NCBI GenBank assembly: GCA_902559415.1
Contig: CACEHW010000001.1
Coordinates: 45,382 to 109,381, forward strand
Length of the DNA: 64,000 nt
Direction of reading: 5' to 3'
From: an uncultured Fidelibacterota bacterium
GTDB taxonomy: Bacteria > Fidelibacterota > Marinisomatia > Marinisomatales > UBA1611
This document shows, piece by piece, positions 9,502 to 18,817 of this stretch (position 1 is the first letter of the stretch; every line of letters starts with the position of its first letter). The notes beneath the pieces are model-generated. The model did no database searches, was not told where the DNA came from, and was given only the letters and a program-made list of their open reading frames with translations. The position numbers and the translations under genes are program-made.

Positions 9502-10180
9502 AGTTCTTATTTCTATTTTCTACGTCATCCATGGCTTGTGATAAGGCTTCCTTGCAGATTTCAAAATCATCATCAAGATTAAATTGAATTGGGTTGCCAT
9601 ATTGTAAAAAGATTTTTCCAAATGGTTTTTCCAAAAAGAACGTATGCCAATTTTTAATTTTCCAATGTTTTGTAGATATTGATGATATTGGAATAATTAA
9701 TGCCCCGGTCTTTTGAGCGGCTTTTATTACACCTGGCTTTGGAATTTTTTCAGGTCCTGTTGGGCCATCTGGTGTGATACCTATTAAACATGGTGGCTTT
9801 CTTAATTTTTTTACTATTTCAACAAATATTTTAGATCCTCCTTTTGAGCTTGATCCTCTAAGCATTTTCCAACCTAATCTACTTCCAACTTTAGAAATAA
9901 GTTCTCCATCTTTATTTAATCCGGCTAACCCGTAATAGTTTTTATCTGCTAGATGCATAAAAGAAGTAAGTAACTGTCCATGCCAACATGATAGAACTAC
10001 GCTTTTATTATCAGCTAAAGCTCTTTCAAAATTTTCTGTACCCCTTATATCCCATTTATTTGTTTTATAAATAAAATACAATATCCATTTTATTATTATA
10101 GCCTGGAAAGTTATAGATAAGTTGTCGTGCTTATTTTTCATTTCCAGGTCCAAACAAAATTCTTTTGGCTGCTCTTTCAA
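9479..10180 (-). CDS. DUF374 family protein (lysophospholipid-acyltransferase-like), typical lpxK/waaA neighbour
   Basis: Motifs CWHGQLL, NKDGELISKV and GITPDGPTGP match the DUF374 signature as I recall it. The true start may be the internal Met at 10141 (MKNKHDN...), which would reduce the overlap with lpxB. Confidence 0.65.
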   Translation of the reverse strand: MKEQPKEFCLDLEMKNKHDNLSITFQAIIIKWILYFIYKTNKWDIRGTENFERALADNKSVVLSCWHGQLLTSFMHLADKNYYGLAGLNKDGELISKVGSRLGWKMLRGSSSKGGSKIFVEIVKKLRKPPCLIGITPDGPTGPEKIPKPGVIKAAQKTGALIIPISSISTKHWKIKNWHTFFLEKPFGKIFLQYGNPIQFNLDDDFEICKEALSQAMDDVENRNKNYVKNIIK

Positions 10181-11261
10181 AAATACCAGCAGGCCCTAAT
10201 TTCAATTTTAATTCTTTGTAACTCTCTATGGTGTTTTTCCTTTTTTGTGATGAAGCATTTAGATAAGGAATAATATTATTCAATAGGTTAATTGGTGTCA
10301 TTTCACCTTGGATTAGTTCAGGTAATATTTTTTTCTCAGCAATTAAATTAACAATTGATATAAAATCTGTTTTTCCAAGAAACTTAAATATTATCCAATT
10401 AATGTAAGAGGTTTTATAACATACAACTGTTGGCAATTTAGCTAGCGCACATTCAAGGGTTACAGTGCCTGAAGAACTAATTGCTGCAGTCCCATATGTA
10501 AGTGCAGACGTTGTAGATTTTTCTACTTTTATAAAATCTGGGATTTCTCTCAAATTAATATTGCTAGACTTCACCACTAAAAATTGGGTTGATGGATTTT
10601 TTTTAATTATTAGAAAAACTGTTTTTAAAAAAATTGGCCAATGATTTTCTATCTCCTGTTGCCTACTCCCAGGTAGAAGAATTAAAAGTGGTTCATTTTC
10701 GTTTAAACTATGTTTTTTAAAAAATTCTTTTCTGTTTTTAGAATCATAAGACTTCTCTATAAAGGGGTGACCTGGGTAGTATGTTGTGAGTCCTTTTGAA
10801 TTATACCAGCTCGCCTCAAAAGGGAAAATAGATATAAAGTCTGAAATTGTATCTTTCATAAATTTGTTTCGATTTTCTTTCCAGGCCCATGTTTGTGGTA
10901 GTATGAAATAAGTAATAGGAATGTTAAGGTTTTTAATTTTTTTTACTAGTCGGAGATTAAAACCTGGGTAATCAATTAATATAATTTTATCAGGCTTAGA
11001 TAGTTTAATTGCTGAGATTGTATTGTTTAAGATGTTTTGTAGTTTTGGTAAATGTTTTACAACGTCAATGAATCCCATAACAGACATACTGCTTATATGG
11101 TTATTAACATTTACACCTGCCTCTATCATTTTATCACCACCATTGCCAATAAAATTAATTTTTGGAGAAAGATTTTTTAAAGATAAAACTAATTCAGCTG
11201 CATGAATATCTCCTGAGGGTTCCCCTGCAGAAATAAAAATGGTACTTATGTCATCGTTCAT
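10131..11261 (-). CDS. lpxB: Lipid-A-disaccharide synthase
   Basis: 376 aa. The N-terminal IFISAGEPSGDIHAAELV matches the GEPSGD motif, and length and context fit. Confidence 0.85.
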   Translation of the reverse strand: MNDDISTIFISAGEPSGDIHAAELVLSLKNLSPKINFIGNGGDKMIEAGVNVNNHISSMSVMGFIDVVKHLPKLQNILNNTISAIKLSKPDKIILIDYPGFNLRLVKKIKNLNIPITYFILPQTWAWKENRNKFMKDTISDFISIFPFEASWYNSKGLTTYYPGHPFIEKSYDSKNRKEFFKKHSLNENEPLLILLPGSRQQEIENHWPIFLKTVFLIIKKNPSTQFLVVKSSNINLREIPDFIKVEKSTTSALTYGTAAISSSGTVTLECALAKLPTVVCYKTSYINWIIFKFLGKTDFISIVNLIAEKKILPELIQGEMTPINLLNNIIPYLNASSQKRKNTIESYKELKLKLGPAGIFERAAKRILFGPGNEK

Positions 11262-11851
11262 AAAAAATTAAATTGAGAAATAATTTGGCTTTTAAATATT
11301 ATGATAAAAAGGATAAATAAGATATTTTGCAAAGTACGTTTTTCAGTTTTCAAAGTTTTAAGCACACTTTGAGGTTTTATTTCATTATCGTTATTCCAAG
11401 GAGTAATTCTAGGTAAGAGTTTTGGGACATTCTTAATATATAAATCATACTGGTCTTTAAATTTTATTTTCAAAGTTTCTTCTTCCAGCGATATTATAAG
11501 ATAGTATTGTAAAATAAAGAAAAGCCCAACCAGAGCAACTAATTTCCACATAAACTCTCCCCCGCCAAGAAATGCCACGCCAGAGTAAATGATTATGTTG
11601 CCCCAATAGAGTGGATTTCTAGTTCTTGAATATGGCCCAGAGGTACATAAAAATGGGGCTCCAACATTCCTGGTCCTAGTTGCGCCACCTGCAAACCTAA
11701 CTGCATTTATTCGAATCAGCTCTCCAATTAAGATTAGGCTAATACCTAAAATACTATAAGGAATTACTGGTGAACTATGATAAATAATAATTAATGCAAT
11801 TGGAATTGGCGTATAACTCCTTAATCTGAAAAATATATCTCTAATATCCAT
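11258..11851 (-). CDS. ICMT/PEMT-family membrane methyltransferase (isoprenylcysteine carboxyl methyltransferase fold)
   Basis: 197 aa and multi-TM. It carries the family motifs TSGPYSRTRNPLYWGNIIIYSG and SLEEETLKIKFKDQYDLYIKNVPKLLP. Start and stop overlap lpxB and the upstream oxidoreductase gene. Confidence 0.7.
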   Translation of the reverse strand: MDIRDIFFRLRSYTPIPIALIIIYHSSPVIPYSILGISLILIGELIRINAVRFAGGATRTRNVGAPFLCTSGPYSRTRNPLYWGNIIIYSGVAFLGGGEFMWKLVALVGLFFILQYYLIISLEEETLKIKFKDQYDLYIKNVPKLLPRITPWNNDNEIKPQSVLKTLKTEKRTLQNILFILFIIIFKSQIISQFNFL

Positions 11852-12843
11852 TATTTTAAATCCTCAAGAATCATCTCGTTAATTTTTATAACTACCTCCA
11901 GAGCATTACGGGCTTCTATTCCATTTACTATAGGATTTTCAATTCTAAGTATTGAGTTTACGAAGTTATTAAGTTCTTCACGCAATGAATCATAATTTTT
12001 AATCTTTGGTTTTTCATAAACTATATATTTTTTTTCATTATCAATAGGGAAAGGTTCAGCTTGGAGTGCGTTTTCAATTATGTTAGGATCTTTCGTTATA
12101 TTGTATACTTCCGTTTGTTCTAATAGTAAATCAATTGTTGAATATAAGTTGTCTTGGAATATTTTTATTTTTCTTACTTTGTCTTTGGCTACTCTACTGG
12201 CTGTCACACTTGATACTGTTCCATTCTCAAATCTAATTCTCGCATGAGCAATATCTACAGAATTAGTTAAAATGGAAACGCCACTTGCATGAATACTTTT
12301 TACCTTAGATTTCACAAGTGATAGGAGTATATCAATGTCATGTATCATTAGATCTAAAACGACAGGGACGTCAGTTCCTCTTACGGTGTAGGGAGCGAGT
12401 CTCTGAATATCAATAAATTTTGGGTTTATGTCATATTTTTCTAAGGCTTTAAGAGCTGGGTTTAGTCTTTCAATATGACCGACTTGAATGATCAAATTAT
12501 TTTTTTGTGCATGATCAATTAAATCGTCTGCTTGCGAAATTGTTTCAGTAATTGGTTTTTCTATGAAAACATTACAACCAAATTCATTTAGTGCTATTTT
12601 TGCTACATCATAATGAGATTCAGTAGGAGTAACAATTGAAACACCGTCACAAGCTTCCATTAAGTTAAACACATTTTCAAAATATTTGGTTTCGTATTTT
12701 TTTGCTATCTCATTACCTCTTTCAGGGTTACTATCATGTAATCCCAGAAAATTTATATTATTCATGCTTTTGTAATGTTTAACATGATATTGACCTAGAT
12801 GTCCAGAGCCAATTACCCCAATATTTATTTTTTTCGAGTTCAT
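11851..12843 (-). CDS. Gfo/Idh/MocA family NAD(P)-dependent oxidoreductase
   Basis: N-terminal Rossmann motif INIGVIGSGHLGQYH and the EKP motif (VFIEKPIT). 330 aa. It is the first gene of the minus-strand lipid A run. Confidence 0.75.
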   Translation of the reverse strand: MNSKKINIGVIGSGHLGQYHVKHYKSMNNINFLGLHDSNPERGNEIAKKYETKYFENVFNLMEACDGVSIVTPTESHYDVAKIALNEFGCNVFIEKPITETISQADDLIDHAQKNNLIIQVGHIERLNPALKALEKYDINPKFIDIQRLAPYTVRGTDVPVVLDLMIHDIDILLSLVKSKVKSIHASGVSILTNSVDIAHARIRFENGTVSSVTASRVAKDKVRKIKIFQDNLYSTIDLLLEQTEVYNITKDPNIIENALQAEPFPIDNEKKYIVYEKPKIKNYDSLREELNNFVNSILRIENPIVNGIEARNALEVVIKINEMILEDLK

Positions 12844-12994
12844 AAATTTTTAAAATTTCTTGGATTTTTAACTGTTCAAACTTGTTAATTAATTAGTGAA
12901 ATCTCTATAAAAATATTTGAGTAAAAAAACTTGCATTTAGAATTTAAATAAATCAATTTTAGATGTAATTCGTGGGTAAAATCGGAGTTTCGTT

Positions 12995-13642
12995 ATGAGT
13001 AACGATATTAAATCCGGGATTGGGTATATAATACCATTTGGAGCTATAATTGGTTTTTTTACGGCTCTCTTCCTTGGTGAGTTTTTAATAAGTATAATTA
13101 TTGCAATGGCAGGTATCCTGGTTTGGTTTCTGTATATGGTAGTTATGGAGTCATCTCCTCCATCTAATTTGGGAAATTTAATCATATTCTTTGGTATTTT
13201 GTTGTCAATTGGTATTTTTATGGGATTTGGTGTTTCTCAAAATATGTGGGGAGGAATAGAATTTGTTTCTGAAGGCTCTCTTTTTGCTTTGGTTATTCTA
13301 TTCTTTTCTATTTTAACAGGAATGTTATTTCGAGGGCAATCTTTCATCCAGCAACCTGCTACATCTTATGATTTAAGCTCTCAAGAAAAAAAATGGGTTG
13401 ATGAAGCTCTTAAAAATAATGGGCAGGATACGGGTTCTTCTGAGCCCAAAGTAATTGTTGTTAAACAAGAGAGTAATTCAGATGATAAGACAGCTTCTAA
13501 TTCAAAAGTCGAAGATGTAAAGCCTGAGGTACCTCAATATAATAATCCTTACGTTTATGCTTATCCACCTGAGTATTATTATGATGAAGATGATTACGAA
13601 GATGAAGATGATTACGAAGATGAAGATGATTACGAAGAATAA
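12995..13642 (+). CDS. Membrane protein with a Tyr/Asp/Glu-rich C-terminal tail, function unknown
   Basis: About five hydrophobic helices in the first 115 aa, then a soluble tail ending YYYDEDDYEDEDDYEDEDDYEE. No family recognised. Confidence 0.5.
   Translation: MSNDIKSGIGYIIPFGAIIGFFTALFLGEFLISIIIAMAGILVWFLYMVVMESSPPSNLGNLIIFFGILLSIGIFMGFGVSQNMWGGIEFVSEGSLFALVILFFSILTGMLFRGQSFIQQPATSYDLSSQEKKWVDEALKNNGQDTGSSEPKVIVVKQESNSDDKTASNSKVEDVKPEVPQYNNPYVYAYPPEYYYDEDDYEDEDDYEDEDDYEE
13583..13636 (+). repeat. Perfect 3 x 18-nt tandem repeat (gatgaagatgattacgaa) encoding DEDDYE x3
   Basis: Read directly from the sequence. The units are 13583-13600, 13601-13618 and 13619-13636, in frame at the 3' end of the 12995..13642 CDS. 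Confidence 0.95.
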
Positions 13643-13664
13643 TCTTAAGGTTTGATCTTAACGA

Positions 13665-14765
13665 TTAGACATTAAATTTAAAAAAGATACAGTCTCCATC
13701 TTTAACAATATAATCCTTACCTTCAGTCCTTGCTAATCCCAAGTTAGACAATGCGTTTTCTGATCCATGTTCTACTAGGTCATCATAACTAAATACTTCT
13801 GCTTTTATAAAGCCTCTTTCAAAATCACTGTGTATTACGCCTGCTGATTGTTTAGCAGTCGAACCTTTATTTATTGTCCATGCTCTAACTTCTGTTGGGC
13901 CTCCAGTGAAGTAAGTTTGAAGTCCTAAAAGATTAAAGCTAGCTCTGACAATTTTATTTAAGCCTGACTCTTTTAAATTATATTCTGTTAAAAAAACTTT
14001 TTCTTCTTCTTCAGATAATGTTGATATTTCTTGCTCAATAGAGGCGCATACTTTTATAACGCTACTGTTTTTAGATGAAGCATAATTTATTAATTCTTCT
14101 AAATTTTTATTAGCTGAATTGTTAGTAATATCATCTTCACTGATATTTGCGATGTATAATATTGGTTTATTGGTAAGTAAATGAAACCCTTTTGCAATTT
14201 CAAATTCTTCTTCTGTGAATTTTATACTTTTTGCCCACAAACCATCCCCACAGTGATCTATAAGTCTTTCCAATAATCCTAACTCAATTTTTAATCTTTT
14301 ATCTCCACCCCTAGCTAGTTTTTTTGTTTTATCTAATTTTCTCTCAAGTGTGTCTAAATCTGCTAGCAATAGTTCTGTTTCAATAATTTCTGCATCTCTA
14401 ATTGGATTGACCTCCCCATTGACATGCACGATATCGGAGTCATTAAAGCATCTTACAACATGGACGATTGCAGAAGTCTCTCTGATTTGTCCCAAAAATT
14501 TGTTACCAAGGCCCTCTCCTTTGTTTGCCCCCTCAACTAATCCAGCGATATCAATGAATTCAACAGTGGCTGGGGTAACTTTATCTGGTTTATAAATTGC
14601 TTTTAATTTGTCAAGCCTACTATCAGGGAGATTAACAATGCCTACATGTGGATCAATTGTACAAAAAGGAAAGTTTTCAGCTGGGGCACTTGATTTTGTT
14701 AGAGCATTAAAAAGCGTTGATTTACCAACGTTTGGCAGCCCTACTATTCCACATTGTAAAGACAT
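13665..14765 (-). CDS. ychF: Ribosome-binding ATPase YchF
   Basis: G1 motif GIVGLPNVGKSTLFNALT. 366 aa with a YchF-type C-terminal region (RAWTINKGSTAKQSAGVIHSDFERGFI). Confidence 0.9.
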   Translation of the reverse strand: MSLQCGIVGLPNVGKSTLFNALTKSSAPAENFPFCTIDPHVGIVNLPDSRLDKLKAIYKPDKVTPATVEFIDIAGLVEGANKGEGLGNKFLGQIRETSAIVHVVRCFNDSDIVHVNGEVNPIRDAEIIETELLLADLDTLERKLDKTKKLARGGDKRLKIELGLLERLIDHCGDGLWAKSIKFTEEEFEIAKGFHLLTNKPILYIANISEDDITNNSANKNLEELINYASSKNSSVIKVCASIEQEISTLSEEEEKVFLTEYNLKESGLNKIVRASFNLLGLQTYFTGGPTEVRAWTINKGSTAKQSAGVIHSDFERGFIKAEVFSYDDLVEHGSENALSNLGLARTEGKDYIVKDGDCIFFKFNV

Positions 14766-15310
14766 TAAAATGAATCCAGAGAAGGGTCTTTCCCAAAATC
14801 ATATACTAGGTTATCAAAAATCCCTACTTGGAGATTTTTTGCTGTATAAATTTTCTTATCATCAGCTTGCATTTCAGCGTCTGCCCATATCATTGATTTT
14901 GATCTTGTAATTAGCTTTTTAACACTTACATTGTAAACTATTTTTTTATGATATGGCCTCACTTGCCCGCGAAATTTTACATCTCCAACTCCTAACGCTC
15001 TCCCTTTTCCTTTTGCTCCACTCCATGTAAGAAAAAACCCAACTAATTGCCACATTCCATCGAGTCCTAAGCAACCAGGCATTACTGGGTCACCTTTGAA
15101 ATGGCAATGAAAAAACCATAACTCGTCAGTTATATCCATTTCTGCTTTGATAGAACCTTTATTATATGTCCCGCCGTCAACTTTTATACTTAAGACCCTA
15201 TCAATCATTAACATAGGCTCAAGAGGTAGTTTAGCATTTTCTTGGCCAAACATATCTCCATTTGCCATGGATAAAAGGTCTTCTTTATTAAATGAATTTT
15301 TTTGATTCAT
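14765..15310 (-). CDS. fabA: 3-hydroxydecanoyl-ACP dehydratase / trans-2-decenoyl-ACP isomerase
   Basis: Colinear by eye with E. coli FabA. The active-site block LWFFHCHFKGDPVMPGCLGLDGMWQLVGF and GKGRALGVGDVKFRGQV are nearly identical. Confidence 0.85.
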   Translation of the reverse strand: MNQKNSFNKEDLLSMANGDMFGQENAKLPLEPMLMIDRVLSIKVDGGTYNKGSIKAEMDITDELWFFHCHFKGDPVMPGCLGLDGMWQLVGFFLTWSGAKGKGRALGVGDVKFRGQVRPYHKKIVYNVSVKKLITRSKSMIWADAEMQADDKKIYTAKNLQVGIFDNLVYDFGKDPSLDSF

Positions 15311-15438
15311 CTGATTATATTTCCTTTATTATACTATTTATTAGACAATTAAATTATTACGAATTTGTGAATTAAACATTTGAATCTATTTACTAATTAA
15401 AATTTTGGTAATTTAAATAATGAATATTTGGAGGAATT

Positions 15439-16221
15439 ATGTCTAATTGGGCATTAATACTTGGTGCGTCTACTGGTCATGGTGGAGCAACTGCTATAAG
15501 TCTTGCTGAAAAAGGATATGGTATTTTGGGGTTTCATTTTGATCGAGGGGACACAAAAAAAGAAGCAGAAAAAACAATTTCTAAAGTAAGTGAATTGAAT
15601 GGCGGTATGTGTCACTATTGGAATACCAACGCAGCTTCAGAAGATACTATGGACAAATACATTCCAGAAATAAAGGAGATAGTAGGTGATAATCCTTTAA
15701 AATTATTACTACATTCGATAGCTTTTGGTACAACAACTAATTTTTTTGGAGACAAACCTGTAACGCAGCGTCAAATGGATATGACGGTTCACGTAATGGG
15801 GAATTCATTACTTTATTGGACTCAAAAATTATTTGATCAAAATCTTATTGGGAAAGGTTCGAGAATTATTGGCTTAACTAGTGAAGGTAATTATCTTGCT
15901 ATGGAGGGGTATGGCCCTGTTAGCGTAGCAAAAGTTGCTATGGAAGCAATCATTAGGCAGATAGGTTGGGAATTAGGGGAATACGGAATCACTGCTAACT
16001 CCATTCAAGCAGGAATAACTCCTACGCGTGCATTGACTAAAATCACAGATCGGTGGGAAACTTGGGTTGAAAATACAAAAAAAAGGAATCCTATGCGTCG
16101 CACAACGACCCCTAATGATGTAGCTAACACTGTAAAATTATTAATGCAACCTGAAGCAGATTTTATTAATTGCTCTACTATTTATTGTGATGGGGGAGAG
16201 CACAGGTCGGGCTCATTTTAA
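15439..16221 (+). CDS. Enoyl-ACP reductase-like SDR (FabI/FabL type)
   Basis: 260 aa. It has Y-x6-K spacing (GYGPVSVAK) rather than the classical Y-x3-K. The blocks LTSEGNYLAMEGYGPVSVAKVAMEAIIRQ and ANSIQAGITPTRAL parallel E. coli FabI. It is divergent from fabA. Confidence 0.55.
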   Translation: MSNWALILGASTGHGGATAISLAEKGYGILGFHFDRGDTKKEAEKTISKVSELNGGMCHYWNTNAASEDTMDKYIPEIKEIVGDNPLKLLLHSIAFGTTTNFFGDKPVTQRQMDMTVHVMGNSLLYWTQKLFDQNLIGKGSRIIGLTSEGNYLAMEGYGPVSVAKVAMEAIIRQIGWELGEYGITANSIQAGITPTRALTKITDRWETWVENTKKRNPMRRTTTPNDVANTVKLLMQPEADFINCSTIYCDGGEHRSGSF

Positions 16222-16228
16222 TTAAATA

Positions 16229-16615
16229 CTAAGATTCGTTTCTATTATTTTGGAGCGCAATTTTTTCTTTAATTAAAACAACTAATTCGTGAGTATCTGG
16301 AGAAGGTGATAGCTCAAAGCTATTTTCTGCTTCTCTAAGAGCATATTCCCACCAACCTTTTTTAGTGTATGAAAGGGCGAGTTTAAAGTGTGCTGTCCCG
16401 AGTATTTTGAATTGATCTCTATCTAGCTTACTATGATCTGGCGGTAGTAATCTACTCACTTCACGATATTCTGTAATAGCGTCATCAATTAGGCCCTTTT
16501 GCAGATACCAATTACCTAGTTCAAGATGTTGCTCTGGGTCTTTTTCACAAGCATATATAGTTAACATGGTAACTGTTATTAATGCTTGTTTTAGATATTG
16601 TTTGTATATATTCAT
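16229..16615 (-). CDS. Small TPR-like lipoprotein
   Basis: Signal sequence ending TIYAC-EKD (lipobox-like Cys). It has TPR-like helical repeats (GNWYLQKGLIDDAITEYREV; AHFKLALSYTKKGWWEYALREAE). Confidence 0.5.
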   Translation of the reverse strand: MNIYKQYLKQALITVTMLTIYACEKDPEQHLELGNWYLQKGLIDDAITEYREVSRLLPPDHSKLDRDQFKILGTAHFKLALSYTKKGWWEYALREAENSFELSPSPDTHELVVLIKEKIALQNNRNES

Positions 16616-16671
16616 AATATTTAACTGTTAATATTGATGTGCATGTATTCTAAAATCAAGAAGAAAATACA

Positions 16672-17919
16672 TTAATGAGATAATTTATTAGGTTTTGGAT
16701 CTTTTACAAAAAAGTGAAGTATTATTATTGAAATAAAAAGGCAGAACCCTACAATATAGAAAGATAATACAAATTTGTTGTCATTAACTAAAAAGCCGAT
16801 TCCTGTTATAAATAAAATAGAAAAAGGTGCTAAAAATGAGTCAATTAAAGCCATATACGTTTTTTTATCACTTGTATCAGCAAAATCATAAATAAGATTC
16901 ATTGCCGAGGGCATAAATGCTCCTTGTCCTGCCCCTAAAGAAATAAATATACAGTAGACCCAAAACATATTTTTTGAAAATATTGCTAAAATTACTGCTG
17001 TAAAATGGAATAAATATGCTAATAACATGCTTGTTTTATGACCATGTTTGTCTCCTATATATCCAGATAAATAACTGAAGACTCCCATTGATATAACATT
17101 TAAAATAGTAAAAGATCCAACTTCACTTATATCAAAATTAAATTTGTTTTGACAATAAACAGCATATAGCCCAATAGCAGGTAGCGTTGCGCAATAAAAA
17201 ACTCTTGAAAAAAGATATCGATGAAAGTTGGGACGATTTATTATTATCTCTTTTGTTTCTTTTTTAAATGTTTTAAATGACTTACGTGGTTTATTATAGT
17301 TTTTTTCTTTATAAAAATAGAAAACTATAGTGCCCAGAGATAGACTGATAAATAATATTATAAACCCAATGCCGAAATTTTTTGGAAATGAGGTTTCTGT
17401 TTCCAATAAATATTTAAGAACTATGCCGCCACCAAATGCACCAAGGCTATTAAAAGCAAATCCAATTCCAAAAAATTTACCTCTTAGTGATCTTTTAGTC
17501 GTTTTTTCTAAGAAGTCTGCCCAAATGGGGACAATTATTCCTATAGATAAAGCATAGGCAATGAAAAGAGAAAAATAAATTTTCCAAGCATTAGGGGTTA
17601 CCCCAAATTTTGAAAATGTAAATACATATCCCATTAGAAAGGCTACTAATAAAATTAAGCAATGAACGATGATAACCATTTTTTTCATATTAGTTATATT
17701 TCTAGTTAGGGCGGCAATAAATAACATTGGCATTGCTATTATAATAGAAAAAAGTCCTGCTGAAGAGGTTGCAATTACGTCTGGGGATCCAAGTTCTTTT
17801 AAAAACAGTGGGACTACTGCATAAACAGTGTGAAATGCACTACCAAACCCCCAAAAAAATTCATGTAAGTTGTTGAATTTTTGGTTTTGGTAGTGATCTT
17901 TTAAACTAAGGTTTCGCAT
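16672..17919 (-). CDS. MFS-type transporter
   Basis: 415 aa with about 12 hydrophobic helices arranged as 6+6 around a basic central loop (KEKNYNKPRKSFKTFKKETK). Loop motif GYIGDKHGHK. The substrate cannot be inferred. Confidence 0.6.
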   Translation of the reverse strand: MRNLSLKDHYQNQKFNNLHEFFWGFGSAFHTVYAVVPLFLKELGSPDVIATSSAGLFSIIIAMPMLFIAALTRNITNMKKMVIIVHCLILLVAFLMGYVFTFSKFGVTPNAWKIYFSLFIAYALSIGIIVPIWADFLEKTTKRSLRGKFFGIGFAFNSLGAFGGGIVLKYLLETETSFPKNFGIGFIILFISLSLGTIVFYFYKEKNYNKPRKSFKTFKKETKEIIINRPNFHRYLFSRVFYCATLPAIGLYAVYCQNKFNFDISEVGSFTILNVISMGVFSYLSGYIGDKHGHKTSMLLAYLFHFTAVILAIFSKNMFWVYCIFISLGAGQGAFMPSAMNLIYDFADTSDKKTYMALIDSFLAPFSILFITGIGFLVNDNKFVLSFYIVGFCLFISIIILHFFVKDPKPNKLSH

Positions 17920-18808
17920 GTGAATTTTCTTGAGTCAATAAAGTCACAGATGATAATAGCATCATAGCACCTAATATTTGAATCAATGATAATGGTTCAC
18001 CGTTTTTGACCCAATCAATAATTACAGCTGATAAAGGCCAAAAGAGTTCGAACAATGTTGTGTGAGATGCTGGTAGTTTATTTAGACCGTAATAATATAT
18101 GAAAAGCGCAACTGTCCCTGTTGATAGAACAATTATTATTATTGCTTTCCATTGATTAATTGAAATATTAGTACTGAAAATTTCTATATTGAAAAAAAGA
18201 ATAATTAAAAAGCTAATTATAGATGTTATAGAGAGTCTTAATCCCGTAACTGCACCATAGTGCAAATCTATCATAGCTTTTTTGCCTATAGCTGTAGAGC
18301 TACCCCAGCAAAAAGCAGCTAACAATGCAAATAATGCAGCTATTAAAGAATTGTCATCCCAGTTTGGTAAAGAATTATTTCCAAAAGTAATAAAGTAGCC
18401 TCCAATGATAGCCATCATAGCAAGAATTATATATCGGGTTGATAATTTTTCTTTTAAAATTATTGCTGCTAATGACATAGCAAAAACAGGTTGAAACTTT
18501 TGTAATAATACTACAACAGATAAATCTATATAGCCAACATAGCTCAATGCCTTAGTGTAAAAATAGGTCCCACATATTCCGCCTAAAAGGGAGATCCATA
18601 ATATTGAAATCCATCCTGATTGGCGTAACTTTTTTATTTCAGGCCAGAATTTTTTCAATAATGGGAGAAAAATTAAAGCACCAATTCCGTGCTCTAAAGT
18701 AATAACAAGTAACGGTGAAATAGCGTATAGTGATTGTCTAAGTAGAGCATCGGCACTCCATAATAATGCAGCAAAAATTATTGCAAGGTAGGGTAGATAT
18801 TTTATCAT
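17906..18808 (-). CDS. EamA/DMT-family transporter
   Basis: 300 aa with about 10 TM helices in two similar halves, the typical EamA duplication. It overlaps the downstream MFS gene by 14 nt. Confidence 0.65.
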   Translation of the reverse strand: MIKYLPYLAIIFAALLWSADALLRQSLYAISPLLVITLEHGIGALIFLPLLKKFWPEIKKLRQSGWISILWISLLGGICGTYFYTKALSYVGYIDLSVVVLLQKFQPVFAMSLAAIILKEKLSTRYIILAMMAIIGGYFITFGNNSLPNWDDNSLIAALFALLAAFCWGSSTAIGKKAMIDLHYGAVTGLRLSITSIISFLIILFFNIEIFSTNISINQWKAIIIIVLSTGTVALFIYYYGLNKLPASHTTLFELFWPLSAVIIDWVKNGEPLSLIQILGAMMLLSSVTLLTQENSHAKP

Positions 18809-18817
18809 TCAGTTATT

